The notes under the pieces are model-generated. The model saw only the letters and a list, made by a program, of their open reading frames with translations. It made no database searches and was not told the DNA's origin. A program made the position numbers and the translations under genes. This document shows, piece after piece, positions 62,434 to 64,000 of a stretch of DNA of 64,000 bases (positions are counted from its first letter, which is position 1; every line of letters starts with the position of its first letter). Source of the stretch: Macrostomum hystrix (taxonomy: Eukaryota > Animalia > Platyhelminthes); contig CATNEN010000038.1 of NCBI GenBank assembly GCA_950097015.1, positions 18,848,001-18,912,000 on the forward strand. The letters run 5' to 3'.

Positions 62434-64000
62434 TATTTACATATTTTTTTCTATATTTTCCTGCTAACGCTTGCAGCTATGCTCAAGAAATATTTTCATA
62501 GTTTTGTATCGAATAACACTTGCTGCTGCACTCGAAAAAAACTTATCTTATTTTCTCACAGCGAGAAGGGTGATAAAAAATTAAACATATATTTTCTTTG
62601 ACAGTAGCTAATCGAAAGCGCTTACCATTTATTCTCGAACCCAAAAAAAGCCTATAAAAATACATTTTAAAAAGTTACTTATTTATTTAACTGTTGGTGA
62701 TTCTAGAGCAGAAGAAAAAAGAAGCAGTAATGCTGAAATTGGCCTGCATTCTGAAAAATAAGAAAAGTACTTTTCTTCGGAGCTAGATGAAAAGAAAGCG
62801 GCACACAATGATCGAAGTCGAGACAAGGTTTGACAATGACAAGTTTGACAAGGAGGAGTGGTCTCGCTAGCATTGTGCATCATAAAAGCCCAATCATTGA
62901 AATCTGCTATGTACGTTTCACTGATTCACATCAAATCACACAATCAGTCAAGAGACAAATTTATAAACGCACGTACGGGTCGAAAAGCAGTGACGTAATC
63001 CTATTCAATTGACAGTGTCTGGCCCTATTCTAAAGATAAAAAAATTACCTTAAAATTATTGCAGAAAAGGACTGCTTTTTCGAATATTTAATGCCTTTAG
63101 AATGAAGCAAATGCTTAGAAAATTAACGTGTACCATCTCATTTAGATAGCGAATCTAATTAACGGACAACACGTTTGCTAGAACAACGACAAGACCACTT
63201 TTTTACATTGAGTGAATTACCACACATATAGTTTTCATTATTAGTATAATTTTTGTTGATATTGATGAATTGCTCTACTCTAAGTAGGCATGTTAGGGCT
63301 TGTAAAAATGAGTATATTTATATATTTATATAATTTATAAATATAGCTTGATGGTACATGTACACGTTACAAATAAACAAAAATATGAGACATTAAATTA
63401 TCCTACAAAAGGTGAATATGTAGTGCATCTTAAAAAGGGCAAACTAAATATAAAAGGCAGATATGATATCAAAATCTCCCTGGGGAAGCTAATATGTTCT
63501 GCCAGCCCTTTCAAATGTTAGAATAAAACTAAAACCAATAACGTACACAAAACAATATTAATATTAATTGTAAACTAATGCTTTGAGAACCCAACAGTTT
63601 TAAAGTTAGATCAGTGCAATTCTAAAAGGGAGATAGAAAACTTTGAAAATTTTTATGAAAAAAAAACTAGAAAAGCGAAAAGATTGCGCGTACCTTGTGT
63701 CAGCTCGTGCTTGAAAAGAAATAAAAGAAATCAAATTCATTTCTTTTTTTTGTGTTTTTTTTTCAAAAAGAATTTCGTTCCATTGACGGGAAAACAAAAG
63801 GATTGCTTAGGCTGCTCCCGTTGGCGCAACGAAGATAGCGAAGGAATTGCAAAAAAATTGCGGATTTATCGAAGCAACTACCGTCACCACAAACGGCCTT
63901 TCGGAGTGGAAGGGCAAATTTAGCTTGACGCGTGTGAAGATTTTGACACCCGCGCACCTACAGACACTTTTAGGTGTACATTCTGGAAGCGAAATTTATG

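Noticed and set aside
62500-64000. Short ORFs at the right end of the window
   Set aside because: AT-rich, with no recognisable motifs or consistent exon chain.

Overview
Eukaryotic (invertebrate animal) genomic DNA: GT-AG introns, standard code, minisatellite-filled introns and many transposon remnants. The organism is not identifiable with certainty; a spiralian such as a free-living flatworm is a guess. Host genes rebuilt by hand: last exon of a rhodopsin-family GPCR (+), ASPSCR1/TUG (-, 11 coding exons), OTUD3, PPP5C and CHEK1 (all +). The main unexplained system is a tandem cluster of four 3-exon secreted neuropeptide precursor genes on the minus strand (39.1-57.5 kb) that the ORF track misses. 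They encode KR-LS[ST]DxR[LI]ADLL...GQYG[IL]DLxA[IS]-G-RR peptides resembling the PTH-like/iPTH/PXXXamide family, and one copy is frameshifted. Mobile DNA: (1) an apparently complete 6.7-kb CMC/EnSpm (CACTA-like) element with an intact transposase and a spliced BEN-like accessory gene, inserted upstream of a broken Tc1/IS630 transposase; (2) a degraded Crypton-type tyrosine recombinase element carrying an internal complement of its own end-to-end junction; (3) a solo LTR, TTAA-flanked MITEs, two tRNA-derived SINE families, a mariner fragment and a non-LTR RNase H remnant. All family assignments come from motif recall, not database searches.
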